A stretch of DNA of 12,757 nucleotides. It comes from an uncultured bacterium (lineage in GTDB: Bacteria > Abyssobacteria > SURF-5). The notes beneath the pieces were generated by a model. It did not search any database. It saw nothing but the letters and a program-made list of their open reading frames with translations, and was not told the DNA's origin. This document shows, one piece after another, positions 1 to 8,137 of the stretch (positions within the stretch are counted from its first letter, which is position 1; every line of letters begins with the position of its first letter). The position numbers and the translations under genes were made by a program. The stretch covers positions 1 through 12,757 of the forward strand of contig CAZSKP010000065.1 of NCBI GenBank assembly GCA_964607485.1, read 5' to 3'.

Positions 1-36
1 GCTTGGCATATTGTCCGTAAGCTGATAGCAGTTTGA
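1..36 (+). CDS. possible 3' end of an upstream gene (partial, ...AWHIVRKLIAV*)
   Basis: Frame 1 is open from base 1 to TGA at 34-36, 22 nt before a strong + strand terminator. Too short to identify. Confidence 0.3.
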   Translation, partial: AWHIVRKLIAV

Positions 37-58
37 CCGATTCCCTCTGCGCTTTTAT

Positions 59-98
59 GAAGGGGAAGACAGAAAGTCTTCCCCTTCTTTTCGTTTTT
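59..98 (+). terminator. Rho-independent terminator
   Basis: Perfect 12-bp stem GAAGGGGAAGAC (59-70) / GTCTTCCCCTTC (76-87), 5-nt loop AGAAA, followed by TTTTCGTTTTT. Confidence 0.88.
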
Positions 99-371
99 GT
101 GTCGAACACAATTGCTACGTCCCTCTGTCGGATACTCTCATCCGCCCCCTCAACTAAGCGACGAAGGGAGCAAGCACCCGATTATCGTGTGGCTAGCTGG
201 AGGCTTGGATCGGTAACGGTCGCATCGCTCGGAATCGACGGTCGCCGCATGGGGAATCACTCTTGGGCTTTGTGGAGATGGCAGGAATAGCCTGTGGCAT
301 GTAATAGCGAAAAAGGCATGCACAAAATCTTGACCTTGGCTCTTAGAGATAACTTTTTCGGGTGCCCCAAG

Positions 372-392
372 AAGTGCACCTTCCACCCATCC
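372..392. repeat. dispersed intergenic repeat, copy 1 (AAGTGCACCTTCCACCCATCC)
   Basis: 20/21 identical to 5750-5770; 17 bp exact (376-392 = 5754-5770). Confidence 0.65.
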
Positions 393-443
393 TTATTTCC
401 TGCACGAAAGGTCTTGACATATCCTCCGTTTTGAACTCACTCG

Positions 444-472
444 TTGAAGTTGAAACACTCAACCAATATAAT
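444..472 (+). promoter_or_regulatory. sigma70-type promoter of the SDR gene
   Basis: TTGAAG (444-449), 17-nt spacer, perfect TATAAT (467-472), 38 nt before the ATG at 511. Strong SD GGAAGGAGG lies just upstream of that ATG. Confidence 0.7.
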
Positions 473-510
473 CATATTATTCCATAAGTAACTACGGAAG
501 GAGGCAGACT

Positions 511-1356
511 ATGGCAAGGCGTTTGGAAGGGAAGGTGGCGATCGTAACGGGAGGGACCGGTGGGATTGGTAAGCGGACCGTTGAGGTTTTCGCTCAGGAA
601 GGCGCGTCGGTTCTGATGGCCGCAAGAAGGGAAAAAGAGGGGCGCATGCTTGCCGATTCTCTGGGTCCCGAAGTCGACTTTCTGCGGACGGATATCTCAT
701 CTGAAGCGGATATAAAGGCTATGATCGACTACGCGGTGGAACGATTCGGGCGCCTGGATTGTCTTTTCAACAATGCCGGCTACCGTGGGCCGCAGGGAGG
801 TATCGAAACCGTTCTCTGGGAAGAGTACGAGACCGCCATGGCAGTGATGTTGGGAGGCGTTTTGTTCGGGATGAAGCACGCAGCGCCGGTGATGCGAGCC
901 CAGGGCTCCGGCAGTATCATCAATTGCGGAAGTGTGGGTGGCGTGCGCGGCGGCATTTCAGGAATGCTTTACTCCGCGGCCAAGGCGGCAGTTATCCATC
1001 TCACGAGATATGTCGCACTCGAATTGGGAGAGAGCAACATACGAGTCAACTGCATCTCTCCCGGCGCTATTGCCACCGGCATCTTCGGAAAGTATCTGGG
1101 ACTATCCTCGGTGGAAATTGAGAAGACTGAGGAAATTCTGAAACATAGTATGGCAAATGCGCAGCCCATCCCTCGTGCCGGGCTGCCGGATGATATCGCC
1201 AAGGCTGCTGTTTTCTTAGCTTCCGACGAATCGACCTTCGTGAACGGCCACAATCTCGTAGTGGACGGCGGCATGATTGCGGGGACTCGCTGGTCGCGGA
1301 AGGTGAAGAATGAGAATCTGCTTCGCAGCATTCTTGGTGCAACCACAGAGTCTTGA
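511..1356 (+). CDS. classical short-chain dehydrogenase/reductase (SDR family oxidoreductase, FabG/glucose 1-dehydrogenase-like), substrate unknown
   Basis: TGGTGGIG (TGxxxGxG), NNAG, catalytic S...YSAAK (YxxxK), IRVNCISPG and GHNLVVDGG motifs; 281 aa; strong RBS. Basic AARR after beta2 suggests NADP(H) preference (inference). Confidence 0.95.
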   Translation: MARRLEGKVAIVTGGTGGIGKRTVEVFAQEGASVLMAARREKEGRMLADSLGPEVDFLRTDISSEADIKAMIDYAVERFGRLDCLFNNAGYRGPQGGIETVLWEEYETAMAVMLGGVLFGMKHAAPVMRAQGSGSIINCGSVGGVRGGISGMLYSAAKAAVIHLTRYVALELGESNIRVNCISPGAIATGIFGKYLGLSSVEIEKTEEILKHSMANAQPIPRAGLPDDIAKAAVFLASDESTFVNGHNLVVDGGMIAGTRWSRKVKNENLLRSILGATTES

Positions 1357-1876
1357 GATATCCAGCGAAAGCGAATTGCGTTCACATGAGGGATAGACCA
1401 TAAACAGTGAGGGATGGTATATGTACCTTCCACATACCTCATTGTTCGGCAGTCGCTCTCCGTGCGGTGAAGTCACGCTCCTGCTTCTTGACGCTAATGG
1501 TTTGGCGCGTCCGAAAGAGAAGAACGTCAGCCTTTGCTGACGAAAGTTTGACCTTTCCCTATTTCCTGAAAGTGAAGCTTTCAACCCATCCGACCGTTCA
1601 ACTATTCACTCTGGAACACACGGTCTGACTGCCAGATTCGTCGCCTGACCGACGTTTCCCAATGTCATCTCTCCTTGCCAGGGTCGACTCTGCAGTGTCG
1701 TGACGAGGAGATCCCTCCTTGGTTCTTCGAGGTTCAAAGGAGCGAGCAAGATGTCCGGGAATGTGCACCAGTCTGGTGTGGGCGGATTCGGAAATGCGCA
1801 GCTTGCCTAAACATAAAGTGCTTATGAATAATAACTTATGACTAACCAAGGGTTCTCGTTGAGGTCAAATTCCCAG

Positions 1877-1891
1877 TGGCACGAAAAATGC
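1877..1891 (+). promoter_or_regulatory. sigma54 (-24/-12) promoter of the histidine kinase gene
   Basis: TGGCACGAAAAATGC vs consensus TGGCACG-N4-TTGC: one mismatch, correct GG/GC spacing. AT-rich tract at 1808-1845 and candidate activator sites at 1756-1800 upstream. Confidence 0.65.
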
Positions 1892-1919
1892 CGTTTCGCT
1901 GCGGTGAAGGGGTCCAAGT

Positions 1920-4900
1920 GTGCCGGCTCCGGCCTCTAATCCAATAGAGATGTGTCGCCGCGAGGAGTTGCAGGACGGTCGATGCAAACTTCGACTGAAT
2001 ATCGACATGCACCTGAAAGGTCTATACCGGAAGATTTGCGAAAACGAGCCGTCTCACTTGAAGCGGATTAAGGTTCGCTTCGTCGTTATTGCATGCTTTA
2101 TCCTCTCAGCGGTTGCTTTTCGTCCACTCCTAAGCACTGATTTCTTCCTTCCCGTCCTACTGCTTTGCCTCATTGGATTCATAAGCAATCTGATTTCCCT
2201 CCTCTGGATAATGTGGGGCCGCGGACTCAAATACAATATCTATTTTGCAATATCTGTCGATATTGTTCTGATCACTATCGCACTCCATTACCTCGGTGGA
2301 ATCGAGAGCAATTTTTCATGGGTTTACGTTGTCCTGCTGGTCGCAGTTGCATCGCTTCATGGCATCAAGATCGGTATATATGTGGCCACCGTAAGTTCAC
2401 TCTGTTACTCAGCACTGCTCTTGGGGGAGTTCGCAGGGATAATCCCCCACGTGGATTTTCATATGATTCATCCGGCGTATCTTCATGAGGATAGCTCCTA
2501 TCTTTATTACAAGCTGCTGAGCAACTATATACTGTTCTTCGTCACTGCGGGCGTTTTGGGCACGCTATCTCAGAAGCTGATACAAAGCAAGAAACGACTG
2601 GAGCAGGATGTACAGGAGCGTACGAAGGAACTGACGATTGCCAACAAACAGCTTGAAATCATTTTTGAGTTTGCGCCGGATGCCTATTATCTGAATGATT
2701 TGCAGGGCACCTTTGTCGATGGCAACAAAGCTGCAGAGGAACTGACCGGTTACAGCAAAGGAGAGCTGATCGGGAAGAGTATCTTGGATTTGAATTTGCT
2801 TCCTTCAGACCAGCTTTCGAAAGCTTCTTTGGTTCTGAGTGAAAACAGACACGGAAAACCCACGGGACCCGATGAGTTCATTCTGCAGCGGAAGGATGGC
2901 CGCCGGCTCGTGGTGGAAATCCGCACCCATCCGGTTGAAATACAAAACCAGACCCTGGTCCTGGGTATTGCGCGTGACATCAGCGATCGCAAACGGGCAG
3001 AGGAGGCGCTCGAGAAGAGTGAGAAACGCCACCGGATCCTCGCAGAGAATGTGAAGGACGTGATCTGGACTATGGATCTGGAAAGCCTGAGATTTACGTA
3101 TTTCAGTCCCTCCGTGAAGGAGATGCGGGGTTACACTGTTGAGGAGGCAATGAAGCAGGGCTTGGAGGAAGTCCTGACTCCCGCTTCCTTTGAGGCAGCA
3201 ATGAGAGCGCTCTTGGAGGAACTCTCCCCGGAGAATGTGCAGAAAGAGGGTGTGAGCTGGTCTCGCACCATTGAGCTGGAACAAATCTGTAAGGACGGCT
3301 CAACAAAATGGGTCGAGGCTACGGTGACTTTCGTGAGGGATTCGGAGAACAAACCCGTTGAGCTGTTGGGTGTAACGCGCGACATCTCCGAACGGAAGCG
3401 GGCAGACGAAGCCATACGGCGCAGCGAGGAGCACTTCCGATTACTGATTGAGAATGCTTTGGATGCCATCGGGATTATGAAAGGCGATGGAACGATACTT
3501 TATGAAAGTCCATCAATTGAAAGGATTCTGGGATATAAACCGGAAGACGTCGCCGGCAAAAACTCACTGGAGGGCGTTCATCCGGATGACAGACAAAAAA
3601 TGTTGAATGCGCTCACTCAAGCAACAAATGACCCGGACACAATCACTCATGAGCAGTTCCGTTGCCGACACAGGGACGGTTCCTGGCGTGTGATCGAAAC
3701 CTTCGGGAAGAGATTCCCCAATACGGATAACCTTGTTGTGAATTACCGCGACATCACCGAGCAAAAACAGGCAGAAGAAGCATTGAGAAAAAGCGAACAA
3801 GAATTTAGGTTGACATTTGAAAGCGCAAAGGACGCAATTATTTGGGCAGACCCTGAGACAGGACTGATCACGAACTGCAACAAGGCGACTGAAATTCTTC
3901 TAGAGAAAGACCGGGCAGATATAATTGGCCATAATCAAACAATACTGCATCCGCCGGAAAAGTCGGAATACTATGCCGAGATGTTCAAGCGGCATCTGCA
4001 GGAGAAAGGCACTGCCGATGAGGAAGCAGAGGTCATTACCAGTTCAGGGAAGATAGTCCCCGTTCATATAACCGCCTCTGTATCTTCGGTAGCAGGAAGA
4101 ACAATTATGCAGGGAATCTTCCGCGACATCACCGAGCAAAAACGAGCAGAGGAGGAATTGCTGAAGAGCGAGAGGAGCTATCGCTTGCTCGCTGAGAACG
4201 TATCAGATGTCATCTGGACCATGGACTTCGACCTTAAGTTTCATTATGTCAGTCCGTCTACCGTCCAAGTCCGAGGTTACAGCATTGAAGAGGTACTGTC
4301 GCAGAGCATCGAGGAAGTCGTGACGCCCGATTCCCTGGAACGGGCGCACAAGGCATTGGCGGAAGAATTGGCCATGGAGGAAGACCCGCAAAGAGACCTG
4401 TTGCGCTCTCGAACCATCGAACTCGAGCAATTCCACAAAAACGGTTCTACAATCTGGACAGAGACGAAGATGACGTTCATACGTGACCTGGACAACCGGG
4501 CAATCGGGATCCTTGGAGTCACTCGTGACATTACGGAGCAGAGGCAACTGCGACAACAACTTCTCCAGGCCCAGAAGATGGAGAGCATTGGCACGCTAGC
4601 AGGCGGAATCGCTCATGATTTCAACAATATATTGGGTGGCATCTTGGGCTATGCTTCCTTCATGAAATCCAAGGTCGAAGCCGATCATCCCTTCTTCAAG
4701 TACCTTGATACTATTGAAAGAAGCTCAATGCGAGCCGCCGAGCTAACTGCCCAGCTCCTTGGCTTCGCGCGTCGTGGAAAATACGAGACAAGACCGTTGA
4801 ACCTCAATGAGGTCGTCAAAGAAACACTGGCAATTATTGAAAGGACTATATCCAAATCCATTGCCATAGAGGCTCGGGTGAGCCAGTCACTTCCGACGAT

Positions 4901-5696
4901 TGAGGCAGACGCGGGGCAATTGCAACAAGTTCTGATGAATCTATTTGTCAATGCCGCCGACGCCATGCCGGCCGGAGGAAGACTGATTGTCGAAACCGAT
5001 GCAGAGACGTTGAGTGAGGAATACGCTCGCTTGCATATGGGTGCCAAGCCGGGTTCGTACGTGAGACTGTCCGTTACTGATACAGGAATCGGCATGGACA
5101 AAGAAACGCAACAGAGGATTTTTGAGCCATTCTTCACGACAAAAAAAGACGGCAAGGGTACGGGACTCGGTTTAGCGATGGTCTATGGCGTCATCAAGAA
5201 TCATGAGGGGTATATTTCCTTGTATAGCGAGCTCGGCCACGGCACGACGTTCAAAATCTACATCCCGGTAAGTGGAAAGGCAGAGGATGAAAAGTCATTG
5301 GAAGTTCCGGTGCCTTATGGGAGAGGTGAGCTGATTCTTGTTGTCGATGACGAAAAGACCATTCGAGACTTCGCAAGAGTTGTGCTTGAAACCAATGGAT
5401 ATCGGGTAATCTTGGCCGAAGATGGGGAACAGGCCGTCAGAGTCTTCGAGGAACATAATGGTGACATCAGCTTGGTAATACTCGACATGGTCATGCCGAA
5501 TATGGGAGGCCATGAGGCGTTCTTAAGAATGAGGGAAAGCCATTCAGGGCTCAGAGCGCTTCTCTCTTCCGGCTACAGTCAGAATGGAAGAGCGCAGGAA
5601 ATCCTTGATAGCGGTGTCATGGGATTCCTCCAGAAACCTTATCAGTCAAATGCCCTCCTTTCCAAGGTAAGAAGTGTGATCGACGCAGAATTCTAG
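1920..5696 (+). CDS. membrane-bound multi-PAS hybrid sensor histidine kinase / response regulator (CckA-type transmitter)
   Basis: N-terminal ~5-6 hydrophobic helices (DIVLITIALHYLGGIESNFSWVY, PilS-like), five PAS/PAC units each ending RDI(S/T)(D/E), H-box AGGIAHDFNNIL, N-box QVLMNLFVNAADAM, DTGIGM, IFEPFFTTK, GTGLGL, C-terminal REC (ILVVDDE, LDMVMP, KPY). Start uncertain: GTG 1920 (AAGGGG upstream) or ATG 2007. Confidence 0.95.
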   Translation: MPAPASNPIEMCRREELQDGRCKLRLNIDMHLKGLYRKICENEPSHLKRIKVRFVVIACFILSAVAFRPLLSTDFFLPVLLLCLIGFISNLISLLWIMWGRGLKYNIYFAISVDIVLITIALHYLGGIESNFSWVYVVLLVAVASLHGIKIGIYVATVSSLCYSALLLGEFAGIIPHVDFHMIHPAYLHEDSSYLYYKLLSNYILFFVTAGVLGTLSQKLIQSKKRLEQDVQERTKELTIANKQLEIIFEFAPDAYYLNDLQGTFVDGNKAAEELTGYSKGELIGKSILDLNLLPSDQLSKASLVLSENRHGKPTGPDEFILQRKDGRRLVVEIRTHPVEIQNQTLVLGIARDISDRKRAEEALEKSEKRHRILAENVKDVIWTMDLESLRFTYFSPSVKEMRGYTVEEAMKQGLEEVLTPASFEAAMRALLEELSPENVQKEGVSWSRTIELEQICKDGSTKWVEATVTFVRDSENKPVELLGVTRDISERKRADEAIRRSEEHFRLLIENALDAIGIMKGDGTILYESPSIERILGYKPEDVAGKNSLEGVHPDDRQKMLNALTQATNDPDTITHEQFRCRHRDGSWRVIETFGKRFPNTDNLVVNYRDITEQKQAEEALRKSEQEFRLTFESAKDAIIWADPETGLITNCNKATEILLEKDRADIIGHNQTILHPPEKSEYYAEMFKRHLQEKGTADEEAEVITSSGKIVPVHITASVSSVAGRTIMQGIFRDITEQKRAEEELLKSERSYRLLAENVSDVIWTMDFDLKFHYVSPSTVQVRGYSIEEVLSQSIEEVVTPDSLERAHKALAEELAMEEDPQRDLLRSRTIELEQFHKNGSTIWTETKMTFIRDLDNRAIGILGVTRDITEQRQLRQQLLQAQKMESIGTLAGGIAHDFNNILGGILGYASFMKSKVEADHPFFKYLDTIERSSMRAAELTAQLLGFARRGKYETRPLNLNEVVKETLAIIERTISKSIAIEARVSQSLPTIEADAGQLQQVLMNLFVNAADAMPAGGRLIVETDAETLSEEYARLHMGAKPGSYVRLSVTDTGIGMDKETQQRIFEPFFTTKKDGKGTGLGLAMVYGVIKNHEGYISLYSELGHGTTFKIYIPVSGKAEDEKSLEVPVPYGRGELILVVDDEKTIRDFARVVLETNGYRVILAEDGEQAVRVFEEHNGDISLVILDMVMPNMGGHEAFLRMRESHSGLRALLSSGYSQNGRAQEILDSGVMGFLQKPYQSNALLSKVRSVIDAEF
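3746..4143 (+). repeat. 23-bp exact intragenic direct repeat (3746-3768 and 4121-4143) flanking the fourth PAS domain
   Basis: CCGCGACATCACCGAGCAAAAAC occurs twice, 375 bp (125 codons) apart, encoding RDITEQK linkers. Confidence 0.85.
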
Positions 5697-5749
5697 GTAG
5701 TTACCCGGCCAGAGTTCTTGTTCGAATCTTCCATCTCCTCGCTGTGCAA

Positions 5750-5770
5750 AAGCGCACCTTCCACCCATCC
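5750..5770. repeat. dispersed intergenic repeat, copy 2 (AAGCGCACCTTCCACCCATCC)
   Basis: 20/21 identical to 372-392; a more degenerate copy lies at 1578-1596. Confidence 0.65.
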
Positions 5771-5857
5771 AACCGCGCTTGAATCTTCAATGTAAAGATC
5801 GGCGGTGGAACCTAATCTCTGGCCGTCCACTGTTCGCCTGCGGATTCTGGCGGCTTC

Positions 5858-6292
5858 TTATTTTGCCCCCAACAGTCTAATTCCCCTCTCCACATCAAAA
5901 TGTCTCTTCATTTCGAGGGCATCGAATCTGTAAATCACGATCTCCACCAAATAGGCGACCTCGCATCCATGCTCGATGTGTCCGCCCTGAGCTTCTTTGT
6001 CCGCACAGGAAACAACACCATGCAAGTGCGGTTCTCCATCTGCAATTATGCCGCTCACACTAAGCAGCTCGAGCGGCTGCTCCAAAGCGAATATCGCGTC
6101 TTCCGGGGGGAAATCTGTGTGAATTATGTAGTGCATACGACAGGTCTTCAACGTCCCGATTCCCGAAACCACGACCCCGTTCCGGATGCCATGCTTCTTG
6201 ATCGCTTCCTCAATGGATTCGAGAAGCATCTCGCTTGGACCTAGTCCGATAGTAATGATTTCAACTTGCCCCTGATAGGTCATTACATTCAT
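5858..6292 (-). CDS. PPC domain / DUF296 family protein
   Basis: 144 aa with LGPSEMLLESI, VVSGIGTL, LELLSVSGII, HLHGVVS and GGHI (HxH...GGH metal-binding triad typical of bacterial DUF296). RBS AGGAG (6299-6303, - strand). Confidence 0.9.
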   Translation of the reverse strand: MNVMTYQGQVEIITIGLGPSEMLLESIEEAIKKHGIRNGVVVSGIGTLKTCRMHYIIHTDFPPEDAIFALEQPLELLSVSGIIADGEPHLHGVVSCADKEAQGGHIEHGCEVAYLVEIVIYRFDALEMKRHFDVERGIRLLGAK

Positions 6293-6662
6293 GGTCTTCT
6301 CCTATCAATGACCATCCGCTCCGGTCTCTTCTGGTGGACCAACTCATCCGTATCGCATACGCCTTCCTCTATGATATATCCTCGAGCGCACATTCCGTTT
6401 TCATGTCTGAGGGCAAAACACCCGCCTTCACGTACGAGGGAAACACTGTGGCTACCACGGGACCGCGTGTATCCGAGACCGTTGTTCAGTTCACGGAAAG
6501 ATTTACGCCATCACGCCATTGAGAGATTCTGGCGTGCCGGAGGATTCCAGTTTGAGCATTGTCTCTTGTATGAAGTCTCCCTCTTTTTCAAGGAAGTATA
6601 CATCATCGGGGATTGCGGTACCAAGAGCCTCAGTTTTCGTCGCCTCTTCGGAGTGCAACCTC

Positions 6663-6920
6663 CGCCCATCCGTCCATCGCCTTGCTGTAGAACTCGGAAC
6701 CGTTATCCACCTGGATGCTTCTTGGCATACCGTGCATCTTCCGAAGATTCTCCGGGCAGGAAAGAACCCGCTCGCCCGTCGACGAGATGCCCGGCACATC
6801 GGCGAGCGATTCGCGGGCGGGTGGCTCAAGCGCCGTCAACGGCCTGAAGCGGCGCCCGTCTTCAACCCGATTCGCTATGAAATCCATTGTCCGGCGCTCA
6901 CTGGGTCCGGTGCGTGCCAT
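6663..6920 (-). pseudogene. decayed IS3-family (IS407-group-like) transposase fragment, integrase core
   Basis: PSERRTMDFIANRVEDGRRFRPLT...RESLA...GERV...GMPRSIQVDNGSEFYSKAMDGWA matches the recalled IS3 OrfB pattern PNERWSMDF..D.L.DGRRFR.LT..D.FTRE.LA...DNG.EF.S.A...WA. Two catalytic Asp present; conserved W and D degraded; the catalytic Glu region and OrfA are missing; no IRs seen. Confidence 0.85.
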
Positions 6921-6986
6921 GAACGGATAGCCCGCCCCAACGCATCGGCGAAGGTCTCGGAAGGCAGAGAATTTTTAAATAGTTTC

Positions 6987-7014
6987 TTGCGAATGGGCTC
7001 ATATGTGATATTCT
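6987..7014 (+). promoter_or_regulatory. candidate sigma70 promoter of the cytochrome/bc operon
   Basis: TTGCGA (6987-6992), 16 nt, TATTCT (7009-7014) with extended -10 TG (7006-7007). AT-rich UP-like tract at 6970-6985. Confidence 0.45.
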
Positions 7015-7137
7015 TGTAACAGATGCCTTGCTGCACCCTTGCCGGCTTGAAAGGGGAACCCGGCCGGCGCGGCCTATTGAATTCCCGACAAAGGGTCAAG
7101 TCTGTCCGAGGTCATAACCATCTGCACCGTAAAGCAT

Positions 7138-7872
7138 ATGAACAGCAAGAGATGCGTGCTTTCAGCATTGGGCGCCATTCTATTCTTGTTCGCCCTCCAC
7201 GCGGCAAATGCACGGGCCCAGCAGCCTAACGCCTGCATCACCTGCCACGAATTCCTCGGCGGCTCGCTGGCCGAGCCCGTCGAAAAATGGAAGGGCTCTA
7301 TCCACCAGCAAAATGGAGTCACGTGTGATTACTGCCATCACGGCAATCCTGAAGTGGACGTGGGCAATATACGCGGGCTGTCTTCCGAGCAGTTTACCAG
7401 TAAGCAGGCCAGCGCCATGTCCAAGGCCCAGGGCTTTGTGGGCATACCCTCGGGTCAGGCCCTGTTTGACGTCTGCGAACAATGCCACAGCTCCTCAGTG
7501 GACAGGTACGCAAACAGCATCATGGGCAAGGCGTATCTTGAGAACAAGGGGGGACCCTCGTGCATCATCTGCCACAACGCCCACAGAAATGCCATGCCGG
7601 AGGTTCCGAAGACCTGCGAGAGATGCCACAAGGAGATCGCCGGGTTTGACCGCATAGACCCTATGAACGTGACGCAGTCGACCATCGCGGAGCTTTCAGG
7701 GATAAGAATAAGGCTTGCTCAGGAAAAGACGGCCGGCAACAGGCCCCCGCTGTTTCCGGAGTTCCCGGAAGACCTCGAATCGTTCCAGATAGGGTTCGTG
7801 GCCTTCGGTGCGGTTATCGTCCTGCTTGCAATAGGCTATATTGTCCATATGGCGCTTGAAAGAGGGAGATAG
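7138..7872 (+). CDS. pentaheme cytochrome c with Sec signal peptide and C-terminal membrane anchor (putative c-subunit of the bc complex)
   Basis: Five CxxCH (CITCH, CDYCH, CEQCH, CIICH, CERCH); signal peptide ending ARA|QQ; C-terminal TM helix IGFVAFGAVIVLLAIGYIV followed by a basic tail. Confidence 0.93.
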   Translation: MNSKRCVLSALGAILFLFALHAANARAQQPNACITCHEFLGGSLAEPVEKWKGSIHQQNGVTCDYCHHGNPEVDVGNIRGLSSEQFTSKQASAMSKAQGFVGIPSGQALFDVCEQCHSSSVDRYANSIMGKAYLENKGGPSCIICHNAHRNAMPEVPKTCERCHKEIAGFDRIDPMNVTQSTIAELSGIRIRLAQEKTAGNRPPLFPEFPEDLESFQIGFVAFGAVIVLLAIGYIVHMALERGR

Positions 7873-7873
7873 C

Positions 7874-8137
7874 GTGAGCTTCAAGGTTATAGGGCAAAAG
7901 AAGCCTTCGTATTCCAAAGGCGCCATGGCGGCCATGGCGGCGCTGGCCGTCCTGCTTTTGGGCATGGCGGCCGCCTTCGCCTATCTAATGGTTTCCGGCA
8001 AGGGCAGCGACTACGTGCTCGGAATGCTGCTGGCCTTTGAGTTTCTGGTCGCCGGAGCCGAGGTCATCGTATATGCGCGGTACTTCATGGGATTCAGGGA
8101 GGTATCGGAGGACCGCGACGAGGAGCTCCTGTGGTAA
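7874..8137 (+). CDS. small two-TM membrane protein (positional equivalent of Thermus FbcX)
   Basis: GTG at 7874 with SD GGGAG (7864-7868), 1 nt after the previous stop; 87 aa with two hydrophobic helices and an acidic tail; stop overlaps the Rieske start. The ORF-track start 7841 lies inside the upstream gene. Confidence 0.82.
   Translation: MSFKVIGQKKPSYSKGAMAAMAALAVLLLGMAAAFAYLMVSGKGSDYVLGMLLAFEFLVAGAEVIVYARYFMGFREVSEDRDEELLW

Noticed and set aside
295-308. TGGCATGTAATAGC as a sigma54 promoter
   Set aside because: GG-to-GC spacing is one base short; a good sigma70 promoter explains the SDR gene.
33-386. ORFs 33-290 (+) and 150-386 (-)
   Set aside because: The first runs through the terminator hairpin; neither has a convincing RBS or protein-like composition.
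414-442. Perfect TTGACA at 414-419
   Set aside because: No acceptable -10 hexamer 16-18 nt downstream.
450-462. TTGA...TCAA as an FNR box
   Set aside because: Spacing is N5 rather than N6 and the inner T/A positions do not match TTGAT-N4-ATCAA.
1407-1849. ORFs 1407-1628 (+), 1598-1849 (-) and imperfect hairpin at ~1412-1431
   Set aside because: No motifs; the region reads as an intergenic/regulatory spacer; the hairpin has a mismatch and no U-tract.
6266-7019. ORFs 6266-6847 (+), 6334-6522 (+), 6503-6829 (-), 6519-7019 (+)
   Set aside because: No recognisable motifs; mostly alternative frames over the IS remnant. The acidic tail of 6503-6829 could be another gene relic but cannot be identified.
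7021-7137. GC-rich leader with AAAGGGGAACCCGG, superficially like a cobalamin riboswitch
   Set aside because: No recognisable B12 box or other conserved riboswitch elements; only a short GCCGGC pairing.
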